Of a DNA stretch of 64,000 nt, positions 16,453-30,104 are shown in pieces. A program made the position numbers and the translations under genes. Within the stretch, counting starts at the first letter, position 1. Every line of letters begins with the position of its first letter. The notes beneath the pieces were generated by a model. That model was not told the origin of the DNA, did no database searches, and saw only the letters and a list, made by a program, of their open reading frames with translations. Origin of the DNA: Moniliella sp. 'wahieum'. Taxonomy: Eukaryota. The stretch spans positions 124,001-188,000 of the forward strand of contig RSEE01000095.1 in NCBI GenBank assembly GCA_003971905.1. The letters are read 5' to 3'.

Positions 16453-17550
16453 AGTCGCTCGGCAAGGCGTTTTCAACGAGCGAAATAGATGGTAGGCCAA
16501 ACGGCAACGTACTCCACCTTCACATCAATTGGCAGGAAAACGACAAAAAGGGATGCATACGGTGAGCTTAGGTGCGTGGGATTCACGCTTGGCTAAGCGG
16601 GGGCAGACTGGACTCAGTACTCCAATGACCCGTTGGCAGCTCCTTTCCCTTTTCCTCCTCCGCCTCCTTTGGGCCCTCTTTGTCCGACGTGGACAGAGGG
16701 GCGGTTCGAAGACAGTTGCTAGGGGACGTGCCGAAGACAAGGCAGAAGGGAGAGCAGTGGGACGAGCAGGCTGGGCGCAGGCGGTGCATAGGCAGAGCAG
16801 ACCCAGCCTAGTCGCGTGGGGGTGCCCATCGGTCACGTGCGCGTGCGGACGCTAGAACGCATGTTTCTCTCCGTCGCATTCCGTCCCACACACGTGAACC
16901 CACGACAGGCCAGCCAAAGTTTCAAGCGGCCAGCCCGCGTGCAATTTGAAACAAGGCCAGCCGCCGCATGCATGCTGTGATGCATGATGCATGCATGCAT
17001 CACCCGCAGATAGGAGGCGTGGCCCCGGCCGCCACATGGCAACCCTACCGGGTATCTGTCGCTCGTGGGCGCCGCGGCAGGCACGGGCGCGGTGTGCGGG
17101 TGCCACGCCGATCGGATGACGTGAAAACAAACGCGCTTCCGGCGCTGCCCGACGACCGAGACAGCGTCACGGCAGCAGACACGCCTGCGCCGCCCAGCGC
17201 CGCCACCAGCCCGCAGCCGCCGCGGCTGCCTCGGTGCAGCCGCCGCGCTGCTGCCTGCCCGCCCCCCCCGCCGCTCCGCCCCGTGCCTGCGCAGATAGCC
17301 CGCCCCCACGGCGCCAGCACAACAGCACCCGCCCCCCCCCCGCACCGCGCCCGTGTCCGCTTTGTTTTCCACACTCCCGCCTCCACCGCAAAAAGGTTCC
17401 TCGCACCCCACCAGTGTCCTGCCCGGCCGCCCCTCCCCTGCTGCTCCCGGAACCTTCCTGCCCGAACCTTCCCGCCCCTCCCGCCGCCTTATAACGCTCT
17501 GGCTCCGCCCCCGCCCCTCCTCTTCCTCCACCACCTCCTCTTCTTTCACC

Positions 17551-18489
17551 ATGGGTGCCGTTGTCGACCCTGCGCAGAAGCCCAAGACGGCCTCGTCCTT
17601 CTTCACCGACTTCATGATGGGTGGCATCTCCGCCGCTGTCTCCAAGACGGCGGCTGCCCCCATTGAGCGTGTCAAGCTCCTCATCCAGAACCAGGATGAG
17701 ATGATCAAGCAGGGCCGTCTGGACCGCCCCTACAGCGGTCTCGGCGACACCTTTACCCGCACCTACAAGTCGGAGGGTCTTGTCTCCTTCTGGCGCGGCA
17801 ACACGGCCAACGTTATCCGTTACTTCCCCACCCAGGCCCTCAACTTTGCCTTCAAGGACTACTTCAAGGCCCTGTTCAAGGTGCCCAAGGACGCCCCCTA
17901 CGTCAAGAAGCTCAGCGCCAACATTGCCTCGGGTGGTGCCGCTGGTGCCTCGTCGCTTCTGTTTGTCTACTCGCTCGACTACGCCCGTACCCGTCTTGCC
18001 AACGACGCCAAGTCGGCCGGCAAGGGTGGTGAGCGCCAGTTCAACGGTCTCATTGACGTGTACCGCAAGACGATTGCCTCGGACGGTATCGCTGGTCTCT
18101 ACCGTGGCTTTATCCCCTCTGTTGTTGGTATTGTGGTCTACCGTGGTCTCTACTTTGGTGTGTACGACTCGGTCAAGCCGGTTATCATCACGGGTCCTCT
18201 TGAGGGCTCTTTCCTCGCTTCCTTCCTGCTCGGCTGGGTCGTCACCACCGGTGCCGGCATTGCTTCGTACCCGCTCGACACGATCCGTCGTCGCATGATG
18301 ATGACCTCGGGTGGCAAGACGCACTACAACGGCATGTTCGACGCTGGTCGCCAGATTGTCGCCAAGGAGGGCGTCAAGTCGCTCTTCAAGGGTGCCGGTG
18401 CCAACATTCTCCGTGGTGTCGCTGGTGCCGGTGTGCTGTCCGGCTACGACAAGCTCCAGGAGGTGCTGTTCGGCAAGGTCTACAAGTAA
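17551..18489 (+). CDS. AAC: Mitochondrial ADP/ATP carrier
   Basis: Intact intronless ORF with [32 protein letters not shown] and the RRRMMM signature. Confidence 0.98.
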   Translation: MGAVVDPAQKPKTASSFFTDFMMGGISAAVSKTAAAPIERVKLLIQNQDEMIKQGRLDRPYSGLGDTFTRTYKSEGLVSFWRGNTANVIRYFPTQALNFAFKDYFKALFKVPKDAPYVKKLSANIASGGAAGASSLLFVYSLDYARTRLANDAKSAGKGGERQFNGLIDVYRKTIASDGIAGLYRGFIPSVVGIVVYRGLYFGVYDSVKPVIITGPLEGSFLASFLLGWVVTTGAGIASYPLDTIRRRMMMTSGGKTHYNGMFDAGRQIVAKEGVKSLFKGAGANILRGVAGAGVLSGYDKLQEVLFGKVYK

Positions 18490-19131
18490 ACCTGCCACCT
18501 TTTTTTGTCGCCTTGGTCTCCTTGGATTCCCAGGCCCCCAGGCCCGAAAAATGCACTGCCCCCTTTTGGGGGGCATCCACTGCCATCCCCCTCTGCGTGG
18601 TTGGATAGAAGACGTAGAATGCACTAGGTAGGCGTTGGGCTGATTGGTTCGGTCCACCCGAGATGCGAAGGAAGCGCCTTTTGGACGCACCGGCCGCGGC
18701 GAGCGTGAGGCCCCACTGGCCCGCCGCCTACGATTTGAGCTAGCAGCAGGGGCATGACGCGTGACGCCGAAGAGGGGGGGCTGGGCGGGGTTCGATAATG
18801 CCCCAACAGATGCCTGTCGATTACCGATTTCGATTACCAAGCGGACGCGGGGGAGCCGAGTGCGTTGCTGGCGGAGCCGGTGATGCATGGTGCATGATGG
18901 GGTGACGGGTGATCTGCATCTGAGTCACAACGGTGGGTCTGTGCGGGCGGAAATAGGGGGGGGCATTACGCATCACGTGATGCCCTGAGCACCGACAGCC
19001 CACAGCCCCGTGCAGATACGACCAAGTACGAATGAGTGCAGTCAAGCACGCCACGCGGTGAGTGCCATTCTGCTTCCACCACCCCTCGGCCCGTTTCTCG
19101 CCTCCTTGCCATCCATCCGCCTTGGTCCAGC

Positions 19132-20084
19132 ATGTCTCTTTCGCTGCGCATCCCCAACCTCTTGGCCGGCAAGGTCGTCCTGATCACCGGCGCATCCAGT
19201 GGCATTGGCCGCGCAACCGCTACCGCCGTGAGTACTTGAGTCCCATTGCCCGCGAGTGCCTGGGGATCGACCAGCCAGCGGCCCTTCTCCTTCTCTTCGT
19301 ACACTCGCCCACGCTGTACTGACATGCTTGTTGACGTCTGCAGTACGCCCGCGCTGGCGCCAGTGTCGTCCTTGTCGCCCGTCGTGCCGAACGTCTCGCG
19401 CAGGCGGTAGAAGAGTGCAAGGCAGCCGCGCTGTCGGCGCAAAAAGCTGGTGACTTTGGTACTCGCGCCGTAGGCCAATTTTTCCCGCTTACCCTCGACA
19501 TGACCAAGCGGGAGGAGGTGGGTGCGATCAAGTCCAAGCTGCCCCCCTGGGCGAGCGAAGTGGACATTCTGGTCAACAATGCTGGGCTGGTGTATGGCGT
19601 GGAGCACGTTGGTGCACTGAATCTGGACGAAGTGCAGACCATGTTTGACACCAACGTCCTTTCGGTCATCCAGCTCACCCAGCTCTTCTTCCAAGACTTT
19701 AAAGCGCGCAACCGAGGCCATATTGTTGTCCTCGGTTCCATCGCTGGAAGAGAAGCCTACCCCGGCGGCTCGATTTACTGTTCGACCAAGTTTGCCATTC
19801 GCGCCTTCTTGTCCGCCATGATGAAGGAAGCCGTGGGTACCAAGGTCCGCTTCACCGAGGTCGCACCAGGCATGGTCCAGACCGAGTTTAGCATTGTCCG
19901 CTACCGCGGCGACGTGCCAGCGGCCGATAAAGTGTACGAGGGCATCGAACCCTTGACGGGCGAAGACATTGCCCAGGAAATCATCTGGGCTACCAATCGT
20001 CCGGACAATGTCAACGTGGCAGAGACGGTGATTATGCCCGTTCACCAGGCGGGGCCCTACCACAATTTCCGCGGAGGCAAGTAG
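19132..20084 (+). CDS. Short-chain dehydrogenase/reductase, YMR226C/YdfG-like NADP-dependent 3-hydroxy-acid dehydrogenase (intron ~19228-19343)
   Basis: ITGASSGIG, LVARR, LVNNAG, GSIAG..YPGGSIYCSTK, PGMVQTEFSIVRYRGD, PLTGEDIA. Confidence 0.92.
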
Positions 20085-21324
20085 ATGTCCCCCCTCTGCT
20101 CACGGCTGGTCGCTGTCTCCGCTACGTTGCAGCCATTCCCTGAAATGAATACTGGTGCGCCTGCAGGAGAGATGGCATGAAACGTAGGAAGGGCGGCAAC
20201 CTATCGTAGCTGGTAGTTGGACGGAACGGATATGCACGGGCCTGTGCGCCACTAAGGAAATGATCAGCTCTAAAGACAGAAGGGTGCGGACGAAAGCGGC
20301 TACAGTGACTGGTGGATGCTAAATCGAAGCAAGCTGTCATGTACGGGGGATAACCATCTATTCATGTTCAGCGTCTGGAGTGGTAGTTCCAAGGTGAACA
20401 GGGCGCTATCGTTCATGCGCACCGCCTTTCCACATATCACCGCACCCTTTTAGGGATGGATGGTTACGATGTATTCCATGTCAGATTGGGGTACACCTTC
20501 TTGGTCCGATTCACCACCTTCTTGGCCATCTTGGCTGCGCGCTCGAGGCTACCGGCTTGCAACTGGGTTGATGAGCTCGGTGAGCAGATTGCGCACATCG
20601 AGCTCCGGGCAACGAACTGATCGAGCACAGCCTGTGCGGGCAAATGGCACAAGGCGCATGCGTGGTGCCGCCTGTGACGAACATTATGTGCTCCTCCTCT
20701 CCAACGACAGCAGGTGTCCCCATTGCATGTTCCTACGCAGCGTCCGTCCATTCCTGGTAAGATCCAACAAACACTTTTTAGGGTCGACACAAGTGATAGA
20801 TCCGTTGACAAGCCCGCTGATGGTCGACGTGACGCGTTGCAGGCCAGAACGTATAGGCGGGCTGATCTGTGGCGCCGAAAGGAGAGAGCGGGGTGAGTTA
20901 TGCGTTGAAAATGGCCCATTCGCCCACGCAGCCCGGTCAAGCGGGTTTGTAGAAGGGTGTTGAGTAGGGCTAGGATATATTGTTGAAAAGCTCCCCGCTG
21001 GGCTCGCCCGTCAGGGCATCGGCGTTGGAACTCATCGCTGGAATCTATGGCGAGGATGGCGGTGGTGGTGGAGCGTAGGAGGGGCTGTGGCTCCTACCTG
21101 CCTTCCCCTGCCAACCGATGTGCTTCCACCGGTGGTCACTCTTCGACGTGCCAGTCAGAGTAAACGGCGGTGGGGCCGACCTGACCGCAGCGGGGGCGCC
21201 ACAATCCACACTTGCAATTTGAAATGTTGGCTGGCGCATTGGAGGAAGGGTGCGAATTTAAGTGCGGGGCAGTCGGAAGACCACAAATAGGTAACCCGAC
21301 TTGTTTGCGGGGTAACGGGTAAGA

Positions 21325-22595
21325 ATGGAGACACAGCTTCAACACCATCACCGCTACCTCTCTCCTCCTCTCACCACCTCGGACTCCATGCCAACCCCTG
21401 CTTCCCCTACCACGCCTCTGCCGGGGAGACAGCCACAAGTGACGATGACCTATCGGGAGACGACACGTCAAGCACAACCTTCGCCACCGAGGACGGCGTA
21501 ACCAGCACAAAGACCATCCAGCTCAACAGCCCACCGTCAAAGTAATGGCACCATTTCCGACAATTCTGCCTCTCTGCCTGCGCTCTCCTGTCCAAGCAAG
21601 GCGCCGCTCAAGCGCAAGCATGTTTCGGTCGAGCTCAAACGCTACGTGGCCCAGTTGGTGGTGGAAAACCACGTGGAGCGCGGCAGGCTTGTAACAAAGG
21701 ACATTTCCTTGGCCACCATCAACCGAGCCGTCCGCTCATTTACCTTGACGGGAGCCGTGCCTGCCCAAGCCCACGCCAGCGGGCCCGACCATCCTGACAA
21801 CAGACGTGCAGGAAACCCTTAGGGCATGCCAAGACTTGTCCATGAAAGAGCTCCAGTCGGCCGTCAAGGCTAAACAACCTGTCGGTTAGCAAGTCCACCC
21901 TCCAGCGTTGGCTTTCCAAGCAAAGGAGAGTCCAAGCCCGCCGGGCCTCAAGTCACAACGAGAGTCGCACACCTGCCACCCAACGCCGCCTCCTATTACT
22001 GGAGACTCGCGCTTGGCTCACAGTAGTAGGGGTAACCCCTCCGCCCTCTTCTCGCAACATCGGCCAGCGTCGTCCTCCTATTCTTCAACCAACTCATCGT
22101 CGCTACTGCCATCCTTGCAACCCTCTTTTGAGACGCGTGGAGATCCCACCAGGCTGCTCAACCCAGATGCCGATTCAGATCATCGACGGCACAGCGTACC
22201 TCTCCCACCAATCTACTCTGCGGCCACCACTACGACGGCTCTCCCATCGTTGGTGCCACCTGCTCTATGGACCCCACCCCCACCCCACTGGCAAAAAGTT
22301 CCCCCCAACCGGCACCTCTTCACGGGACGAAGCAAGACTTCTTTCCTCCTCTCCCTCTTCTCTGCCATCACCATCACCATCTCCCCCGACCCGACTGCCA
22401 CCCATGAACCAAATCGAAATCGAACCCAGCACCAACAGTCCTGTGACGCAGCACAGTTCGAAGAGTTCGTCTTTCCCCGCCCCGGGTCCTTCATCCTCTC
22501 ACCATCCACACCTTACTCAGCACCGCTTTAGTCTTGTTCATTCGTCTACGCTGCCTGTCTTCGACCCCGATCCCCCACCTGGGGCTGGGTTGTGA
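21325..22595 (+). CDS. Hypothetical gene containing a Tc1/IS630-type bipartite HTH DNA-binding domain, no DDE domain (frameshifted)
   Basis: 21601-21920 translates across indels to KRKHVSVELKRYVAQLV..ISLATINRAVRSFTLTGAV..G(R)PTILT..DLSMKELQSAVKAK.NLSVSKSTLQRWL, flanked by S/P/T-rich coding-like sequence. Confidence 0.55.
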
Positions 22596-22737
22596 TCAAT
22601 TCAATTATATCCTAGTTGCACACCCATCCACACATCCATAGTCCAACCGTCTCCCTGAGAGCTTTATTGCCAACACTTAGTACTTGGTACTCATTGCACC
22701 TCTTCACAGATGGAGTATGTGACGTGTGACGTGAACC

Positions 22738-22805
22738 GCTGAGCCTGAGCGCTGAGCCTGAGCGCTGAGCCTGAGCGCTCTGAGCCTGAAAGATCTACGC
22801 TGAGC
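22738..22805 (+). repeat. (GCTGAGCCTGAGC)x3 intergenic tandem repeat
   Basis: Directly visible in the sequence. Confidence 0.85.
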
Positions 22806-23340
22806 CGCCGAGGTGTTCGTTCAGCGACTTGAGATGAGATCGTTGAGTATGCCTCAACACGTGGAGGCAAAAAGCGGGCAGGTGGACGGATGGATGGCTA
22901 CAGTTAGTGCGTGCCACATCCGCCTCTCGCAACCCCAGCCTCCCATCCCCACCAGGCACCCCAGCCCCACGCTGAGCCGCATCCGCCATCGCAACCGCGC
23001 CGCCTCTGCGTTGGGCCGATCCGGCCGGATTGGAATCTGATTGTTTTTGGTTGGCCACAAAATAGCACACAAAAGCGACGCGCCACACAAGTCGGAACCG
23101 ATGATGCCGATGATGTCCGCTACATAGGAATAAGCATATGACGTGCCCGCAGCCTTAACCCCGATAGAGGCCGGTAACCGGCAACTAGTAAGGCCTAAGG
23201 CTTTGAAGCTTGACTCGAGAGCTTGAGTAGTAGTGGAGTAGTGGTAGCTGGTAAATGATGTTCACCCCACACGCCCCCCCCCCCCTCCACCGGCTCTTGC
23301 CTTCTACCTCCATTTCCCTCCAGCCCCAACCCTCCCTTTT

Positions 23341-23400
23341 CTCAGCATCCCCCTTCCTCAGCATCCCCTTCCTCAGCATCCCCTTCATCAGCATCTCCCC
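23341..23400 (+). repeat. ~15-bp tandem repeat CTCAGCATCCCCTTC x4 in the NMNAT 5' region
   Basis: Directly visible in the sequence. Confidence 0.85.
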
Positions 23401-23498
23401 GGCCCAGAGCCTATCGGTGCTACGCATTCAACCATCAACCAACCTCTACTGCACCGACACCCTCAATACCCTCTCGTCCCATCCTACATTTCCACACA

Positions 23499-24877
23499 AT
23501 GGTGGTCACCTCCCCTCCCTCATTTGGTCGGCCCATGTCGCTCATTGCCCCGCTTAGCGTTGACTCGTACCATCTCGACAGTCCGCCTTTCTTTGGCTCC
23601 GCTGTTGGCTCCAATGGGATCAAGCACCGAGACTGGTCTCAGAGTCTTCCTCGTCCACCTCCGCATTATCCTCTAGGCCGGACGCGGGCTCTGTGGCTCC
23701 CCGCCGGCCACGCTACCATCCTTGGATGATGGCATTGATTCTACCTCTGCTGAATCGCCCTCCCAACCACCTACCTCACCCCCCACCAGCTCCGGAGGGG
23801 GCGATCATGATGTGATCCCTCTGGATCTGGACGATGCCGCTACCAACTTGGGCAGTCAACCAGCCTGTTGGGGAGGAAATAGGAGCGACCCTTGTTATCC
23901 TCTTCGACAACGATGTGCAAATAAGGGGAGAAGATGGGTCGGGGCCCAAGACGAATCCCATATCTACTTCCCTCCCCACCCTACCTGTCCCGTACCGATT
24001 CAGGCCCAAAGTATGGCAGAGTACCAGTTCCCTATGCATCGGTTGCCCCAGCGCATGCACGACGAAACCAAGACTCCCCTCGTGATCGTTGCTTGCGGAT
24101 CCTTTTCTCCGCCCACGTATCTCCACCTCCGCATTTTTGAGATGGCCAAAGATGCCATCCTTGAATCGGGACAGTACGAGCTGCTGGCGGGGTACTACTC
24201 GCCCGTCTCGGATTTGTACAAAAAGCCTGGCCTGGCACCCTCCACACATCGCGTGCGGATGTGCGAGTTGGCAGTGGAAAGACTTCGACGTGGCTCATGG
24301 TGGACGCGTGGAATCACTGCAAGACGAGTATCAGCGGACTTCGGTGGTGTTGGATCATTTTGACGAGGCCTTAACCAAGGCCCTCAGGGCGGCGTGGCCC
24401 TTCGTAATGGAAAGCGAAAGCCTGTGCGCATCATGCTGTTGGCGGGTGGCGACCTGATTCAGAGTATGGGCGAGCCTGGGTCTGGGCCGAGGCGGACGTG
24501 CGTCACATTCTGGGTCGGTTCGGATGCCTCATTGTGGAGCGAACAGGGGCCGATGTATCGTCCTTTCTTTTGTCCCACGACCTGCTTTGGGCTGAGCGAC
24601 GACACTTGCTCGTCATCAAGCAGACTATTGTGCGTCCCCCCCCCTCTTCCTAGCGAGCTACAATGCACCGCGACGGCTCTTCGTGACTTGCACCCACTGA
24701 CACGTTTTGGGAATGCACTCTCGACACGAACAGTACAATGACATTTCGTCCAGTAAGGTGCGTCTGTTTATCAAAAGGAACATGAGTGTCAAGTACCTCC
24801 TTCCCAACTCGGTCATCAGCTACATCAACCAGCATCGACTTTATCGCTTGCCTCAGCCACAGCCTCAATCCGAGTAG
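23499..24877 (+). CDS. NMA1: Nicotinamide/nicotinate mononucleotide adenylyltransferase (intron ~24630-24733)
   Basis: YQFPMHRL, VACGSFSPPTYLHLRIFEMAKD, SPVSDLYKKPGL, HRVRMCELA, MLLAGGDLIQSM, NDISSSKVRLF, KYLLP. Confidence 0.95.
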
Positions 24878-25263
24878 GAGGCCCACTTGCTTGTCCCCCG
24901 TCCTCAACTGTACTAGAGGTTGGGGCGTATTATGCGTTAAGTTAAACGTGTTCGCTGTTTACTTTGTCCTTTTCCGTATTAGGCTCTCTCCATAACTCAC
25001 CAATCGATATCCCTTCCTGAAGGGTCCTTTTTTCCTGGGCAGGATCCTTCTTCCTTATTGGCAGGGTAATGGTTGTATCTGCTTCTGCTTGCATAGCACA
25101 ATAGAAGCTCAGGGCTTGCGCCCGGTGGGCGTGTGCTTACATAACCAACACGCCTTGGGCATAGCAACACACGACGACCTCAATACATCCGATCCACTTT
25201 AACGCCCTCGCATTTTGCTCCGCCGCACGCAGCCTTGCCGTATTTATCCACATCGCACCCACC

Positions 25264-28200
25264 ATGTCCCGCATGGTGCGCGGGCATCGCCACTCGCCCC
25301 ACGCTGCACTCACGGCCCTCGTGCTCATGGCGCCTTCTTTCCACCCACCTCTGCGCCCAAAGAGGAGCAGGAGACGGAGGAAGACATCGGCCGTTCAACC
25401 AGAAAGTGGCAAGGCACCAGGACCTCTCTACGTCAGACACATGGACCTGTCCTGTTGCGCTCTGGCCAGTACGCGAAGAGCGTTTCACATTTCTCCCACA
25501 CTATCCGTTCCCCCCTCGGATCCATTGTACCGGAACCTTCCTGAACAAGAACACGAGCAGCACCAGGCATTGGGATCTTCCACCGGACGGAAGGCCGACC
25601 AGACCAGACCGGAGAACGGCGAATCAGTGGGACCTTCAGAGCCCATCTCACCTGCCGACACCAGTTGCACACTAACTGGTGGGACTGTTCTTGCACCGCC
25701 AGAGGACGGGACTGCCTCCAACCCAGTCCCCCCGCCTCTCCCCCTTTCGAATGAGGATGCTGAACCCACAAAGCCGGGACGACGACGGGGTCGGCCACGC
25801 AAGCTAAGTGCCCCTGAACCGACTTCCGTCCCGAGTTCATATCTTGAATCGGAACTGGGTGCGAGGACGCCCAATGAGCTCGACCCCGAGCCTGGCATGG
25901 GCAAAGTCCGCAAAACGTCGATCTCGGTCGGATGCCGAGAGCATGTCGGCCCAACGGGCTAGTGCCAAGAAGGAGGCGAAACCTGATAAGGAAGAAGATG
26001 AGGAAGATATGCTGGTGATTCGGATCCCCAAACGCAAGCGCAAGACAAAGAAGTCCAAAGCCGACCAACACCAAGAAGTTGTGGTACTGGAAGATCTGCC
26101 AACGACCCCAGGGTTCTATGGGTCCCTTGCCTCCGCTCAACCTCAAAGGACGGCCCCTTTCGCCTGAACAGGCCGAGACGAGGGCATGGGCCGCATCGTT
26201 GCTGCCCAAAGAGCTGTGGGCGCTGGAGAACGCACCCGAAGAAGGGTGGACGCCTCTGGTCCAGGAATTTTTGTCCAACATGGTAGCCCATCCTGGTTGT
26301 CTCCTTTTGACCCGCGTGGGCAGTTTCTATGAAACGTACATGACACAGCTCAGGAACTCTCTCGCTTGACTGGACTTCGGTGCGCCATGATGACGTGGCG
26401 CGGGCGCAAGGTGGAAATGGCCGGGTTTCCCTGTCTGCAGCTTCCCAAATTCGTTGACATTCTCGTTCGCTCTCATGGCCGCATCATTGCCCTGTGCGAC
26501 GAGTTTATCTTTCCCCTACCCCCGAGTCCAAGCAAGATGGAAAGGTGAAGTCGGGCTCGAAGTCCAAGAAAAAATCGGACTTGACCGGCCTGGCTCAGGT
26601 GCGCAAACCTCTCGCGTCTGTGAGGGAGCCTAGCCGGCTTAAGGCCGACGATACCCTGTTGCGTAGGGTGACCGAGATCATCAGCCCCGGCACATTGGTA
26701 GATGATTCGTTAGTATCCCTATGCCAATAACTTTCTTTTGGCCATCTCGGCTGCTCCTTCCCCCTCGTCCAACGCATCGGGCACCACTACGTCCACATAT
26801 GGACTCGCCTGGCTGGACCTTGGCACGTCAACTTTTTCCTCGACCGTATGCCCCGACGCTGAAACGCTCCGGGACGAAGTGGCTCGGATCTCACCTAGGG
26901 AAATCGTGTTACCCGATGGCGTCTTTGGCACGCCGGTACGCCCTCCTGCGCCTTCCCCTGGCCCCTTGGATGCAAATGGGTGGCCCACGTTCCCTCGCGC
27001 CGAGCAAGGGGCATACGGGCAAGAACTACCGTACCGACGGTTCGATCATCCCATTTGGGAAGTGGTTGGGGAGAGCAGGATCACATTTGTGTCTTCGTCC
27101 GTTGCACCCGGATCCGGTACCGCACTCGGCTACCACGGGACCCTCGGCGGAGGAAGTGGATGCGATTGGTCGGTTGAAAAGCTTTTTGAGCCGTCGTTTC
27201 CTCTACCGCCCCCGATGGTATGGGACGCATTTACCGCCCCGACCAGCACCTGTCGGAGAACCAGCAAGACGTGTTTTCTTACTTGGCCGTCCCAGCTGCA
27301 CAGCGCCAACATAGCGATATGCGGATCGATACTCATACGCTCGCTGCGCTCGAGGTACGCGGGTGGGGCGGGGGCCACAGGAACATGCCAAGTCGGTAGC
27401 GTCCAACGCCACTGACGGTTCTGTGTTCGTCCCGGTTCGGCCCCGCTACAACCGAGTGTGATTTTGCCTGCTGGATCGGGCAACGTCGGCAGCGTCGGCA
27501 GCTTGCTCCATGCCGTTCGTCGTACCATCACGCGCGGTGGGGCTCGTTTGCTCGAGCGCTGGCTCATCGCCCCGTCTACTAACGTGGATGAGATTCAACA
27601 GCGACACGATACGGTCGCCTTTTTTTTGCGCCATGCGTTTCTCAGTGCCGATCTGCGCTTGCTCTTCAAGGCCAGCACAGACCGTTCCGATTCGACTGAC
27701 GGAACGCGGTCCAAGTCGACCTGGGCCGGTACGGACGGCCTTGATCCGACGGACGAGGTGACATTGGACCGCACCGATGGTGGTGCGGATCCTATCCGGG
27801 CCATGATCAAGTCGCGCATGGCCAACTCGACGCCCGAGACGTTGAGCCACGTTCTTCGGTTTCTTCAGTTGGTAGAGGATGTTCGGTCGGCAATCTTGCT
27901 CGCCTTCCCGCAGGCTAAGCGCCTATTGGATGATGACTTACTCTCCTATCGATCCTAACCAGTCTACCGACGTTGATTTGGCCCTTGGCCTGGTGCGTGC
28001 ATTGGATCCCTTGCCGCACATTTCCGCATTGCTAGCAGACGCGCTCGTTTCCATGTCCCAGTCCCAGGAACCTGAGGAAACTGCTGAGACGGCGGTGACC
28101 ATTCCCCTGGAGGCAGAGGAGAATGGCTCGGATGCAGAGGAGGAGGCGGGTGACGCGAAAGATAAACTGCTCCAGGAGCTGGTATCCCACCCATCGTGCT

Positions 28201-29760
28201 TCAGCTACGACCCGAGTACGTGCCCGTCTAGAGTTTCCCCTGCCACAGCACGTTGTGACTGAGTACTGACTGTTGACCGTGACCGACCGTTTTGCTACCA
28301 TGACTGCGGCTGCGAAATGCAGGACCTTCTCAGAACTTGCTGCCCTCGCCGAAGAGTACAATCAACTGCGAACCAAGGCGATCCAATGGAAGCTGCGTTG
28401 CGTCGGCGCCTGCCCGATTCGGATCGACGACGCTTGGCACTTCGTTCGGTCCCTGGTCGAGGCCCGATCGTATGGTTGGAACGTTTGACCCCAGCGACGG
28501 TCGCCGCCTCGGTGCGAACCAACCCACGGCTCGAATTTGGATGCGGGTTGGGACACGGAAGCCGAAGCGGACGCCGACGTGACTTGGTCGACTGAGCCCG
28601 TCCACTTTTCCTCGCGGAACGTGACCGGTCTGCGCTCAGGTTCCGGAACGTTTATGCCCTGGACCAACTTGGCTGCCGATCTGGCTGCGGTGCGGGATAC
28701 CATTCGGTCAGCCGAGGAGGACATCCTGGCTAGGTTGGCTGAGCAAGTGTGGGATGAGATGCCCGTGGTGCGGGCCAACACCGAGGCGATGGACCGCTTG
28801 GATGTGTTGCTATCATTTGCCGCGTTGGCGTCCGAACGTGCCTTGGTCCGGCCCGAGGTGTATGCGCCGACGCCCGAGACAGGCGGGGGGACGAGACGGC
28901 GGTAGGGGAACTGGATGTGCGCGGGGTGCGCCACTTGGTGGTGGAAACGGCGCTGGAAGGTAGTGGCCGCACGTTTACTCCGAACGACGTTGTGCTCACT
29001 GGGCCAGTTCGGGCCGGGGTGATTACCGGGCCCAACATGGGCGGCAAATCGACGGTGCTACGAGCGGTGGCACATGCGGTCCTCTTGGCCCAGGCGGGAT
29101 CGTATGTGCCCGCGACGTTTGCGCGGGTGGGGGTGGTAGATGGACTGTATGCGCGCGTGGGCGCTCGTGACGCACTCTGGAACGATCAGTCAACGTTTAT
29201 GCTCGAGATGCTTGAGACGGCTCACTTTCTCACCCATGCCACCCGCCACAGCTTGGTCATCGCCGATGAGATTGGCCGTGGCACCGCCGCCGAGACTGGC
29301 GTGGCAATTGCGCATGCCACCTTGGCCCATTTGACCCACACCATTGGCGCTCGTACCCTGTTCGCCACCCACTTTCATCCGATTGTCGCCCTGCTGGGGT
29401 ACCCGGACTTATTGACCACCACCACCACCACCACCACCTCCTCCTCCTCCTCCTCCTCCTCCTCCTCCTTCTCTCCTTCTGCTGATAACGAGGACAACGC
29501 GCCGTCCACCGTCCCTACCGCCGTACCCGCCTGGTTGGCCACCAACACTCCAACTCAAGCGCCCGACCCAACAGTGACGTTCTGGTACACAGATGCCCAC
29601 GCGACTTCGACCGGCGTGCTGTTTGACCATCGGCTCCGCCCGGGCGTCAACACCCAGTCGTACGGTCTTGCCGTGGCTCGCTTGCAGGCGTACCCACAAA
29701 GGTGGTTCAGCAGGCGAACAGACGCTCGAGGCACTGATGCAGCCTGTCTCGTGACTGCTC
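25264..29760 (+). CDS. MSH1: MutS homolog, MSH1 (mitochondrial) type (many indels; 3' end approximate)
   Basis: HPGCLLLTRVGSFYE, VEMAGFP, RRVTEIISPGTLVD, GSLLHAVRRTITRGGARLLERW, ITGPNMGGKST, DQSTFMLEMLET, DEIGRGT, LFATHFH, SYGLAVARL. Confidence 0.88.
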
Positions 29761-30104
29761 CCCCTGTGACTAGTGACTGTTCTCATGGTTGTGCCCGTTT
29801 CGTGACTGCTGGCGTCGTTCCCCCTCTTGCGAGGGCTCCTCTCGTGACTGTTTCCCTCGCTCCATCCAAATCTCTTTTCTGTTACCCCAGAACAAGACGA
29901 AACCCCCCTCTTTTTTCCCCTCCTATATTCCCATTGTGTTCCTTCTGCCTCGCTCCCCCATTCCCCACATCCCCCCTCTGTCCCCCCAAAAGCATACCCC
30001 CGTATCTAACCACACTAACTGCACTTGGCATACCAGCTGTCCAGTCAGAAACCAGTGAACCACTGAAAGGAGGAAGAGAGCGCCAAGATGGGGGCAACGT
30101 GATC

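Noticed and set aside
17167..18888. Long antisense ORFs (573 aa here; also 5166-6281 and 18966-20063)
   Set aside because: Shadow ORFs caused by strong GC3 codon bias of the real sense genes.
22738..23400. Short tandem repeats as a CRISPR-like array
   Set aside because: No unique spacers, eukaryotic context and no cas genes.
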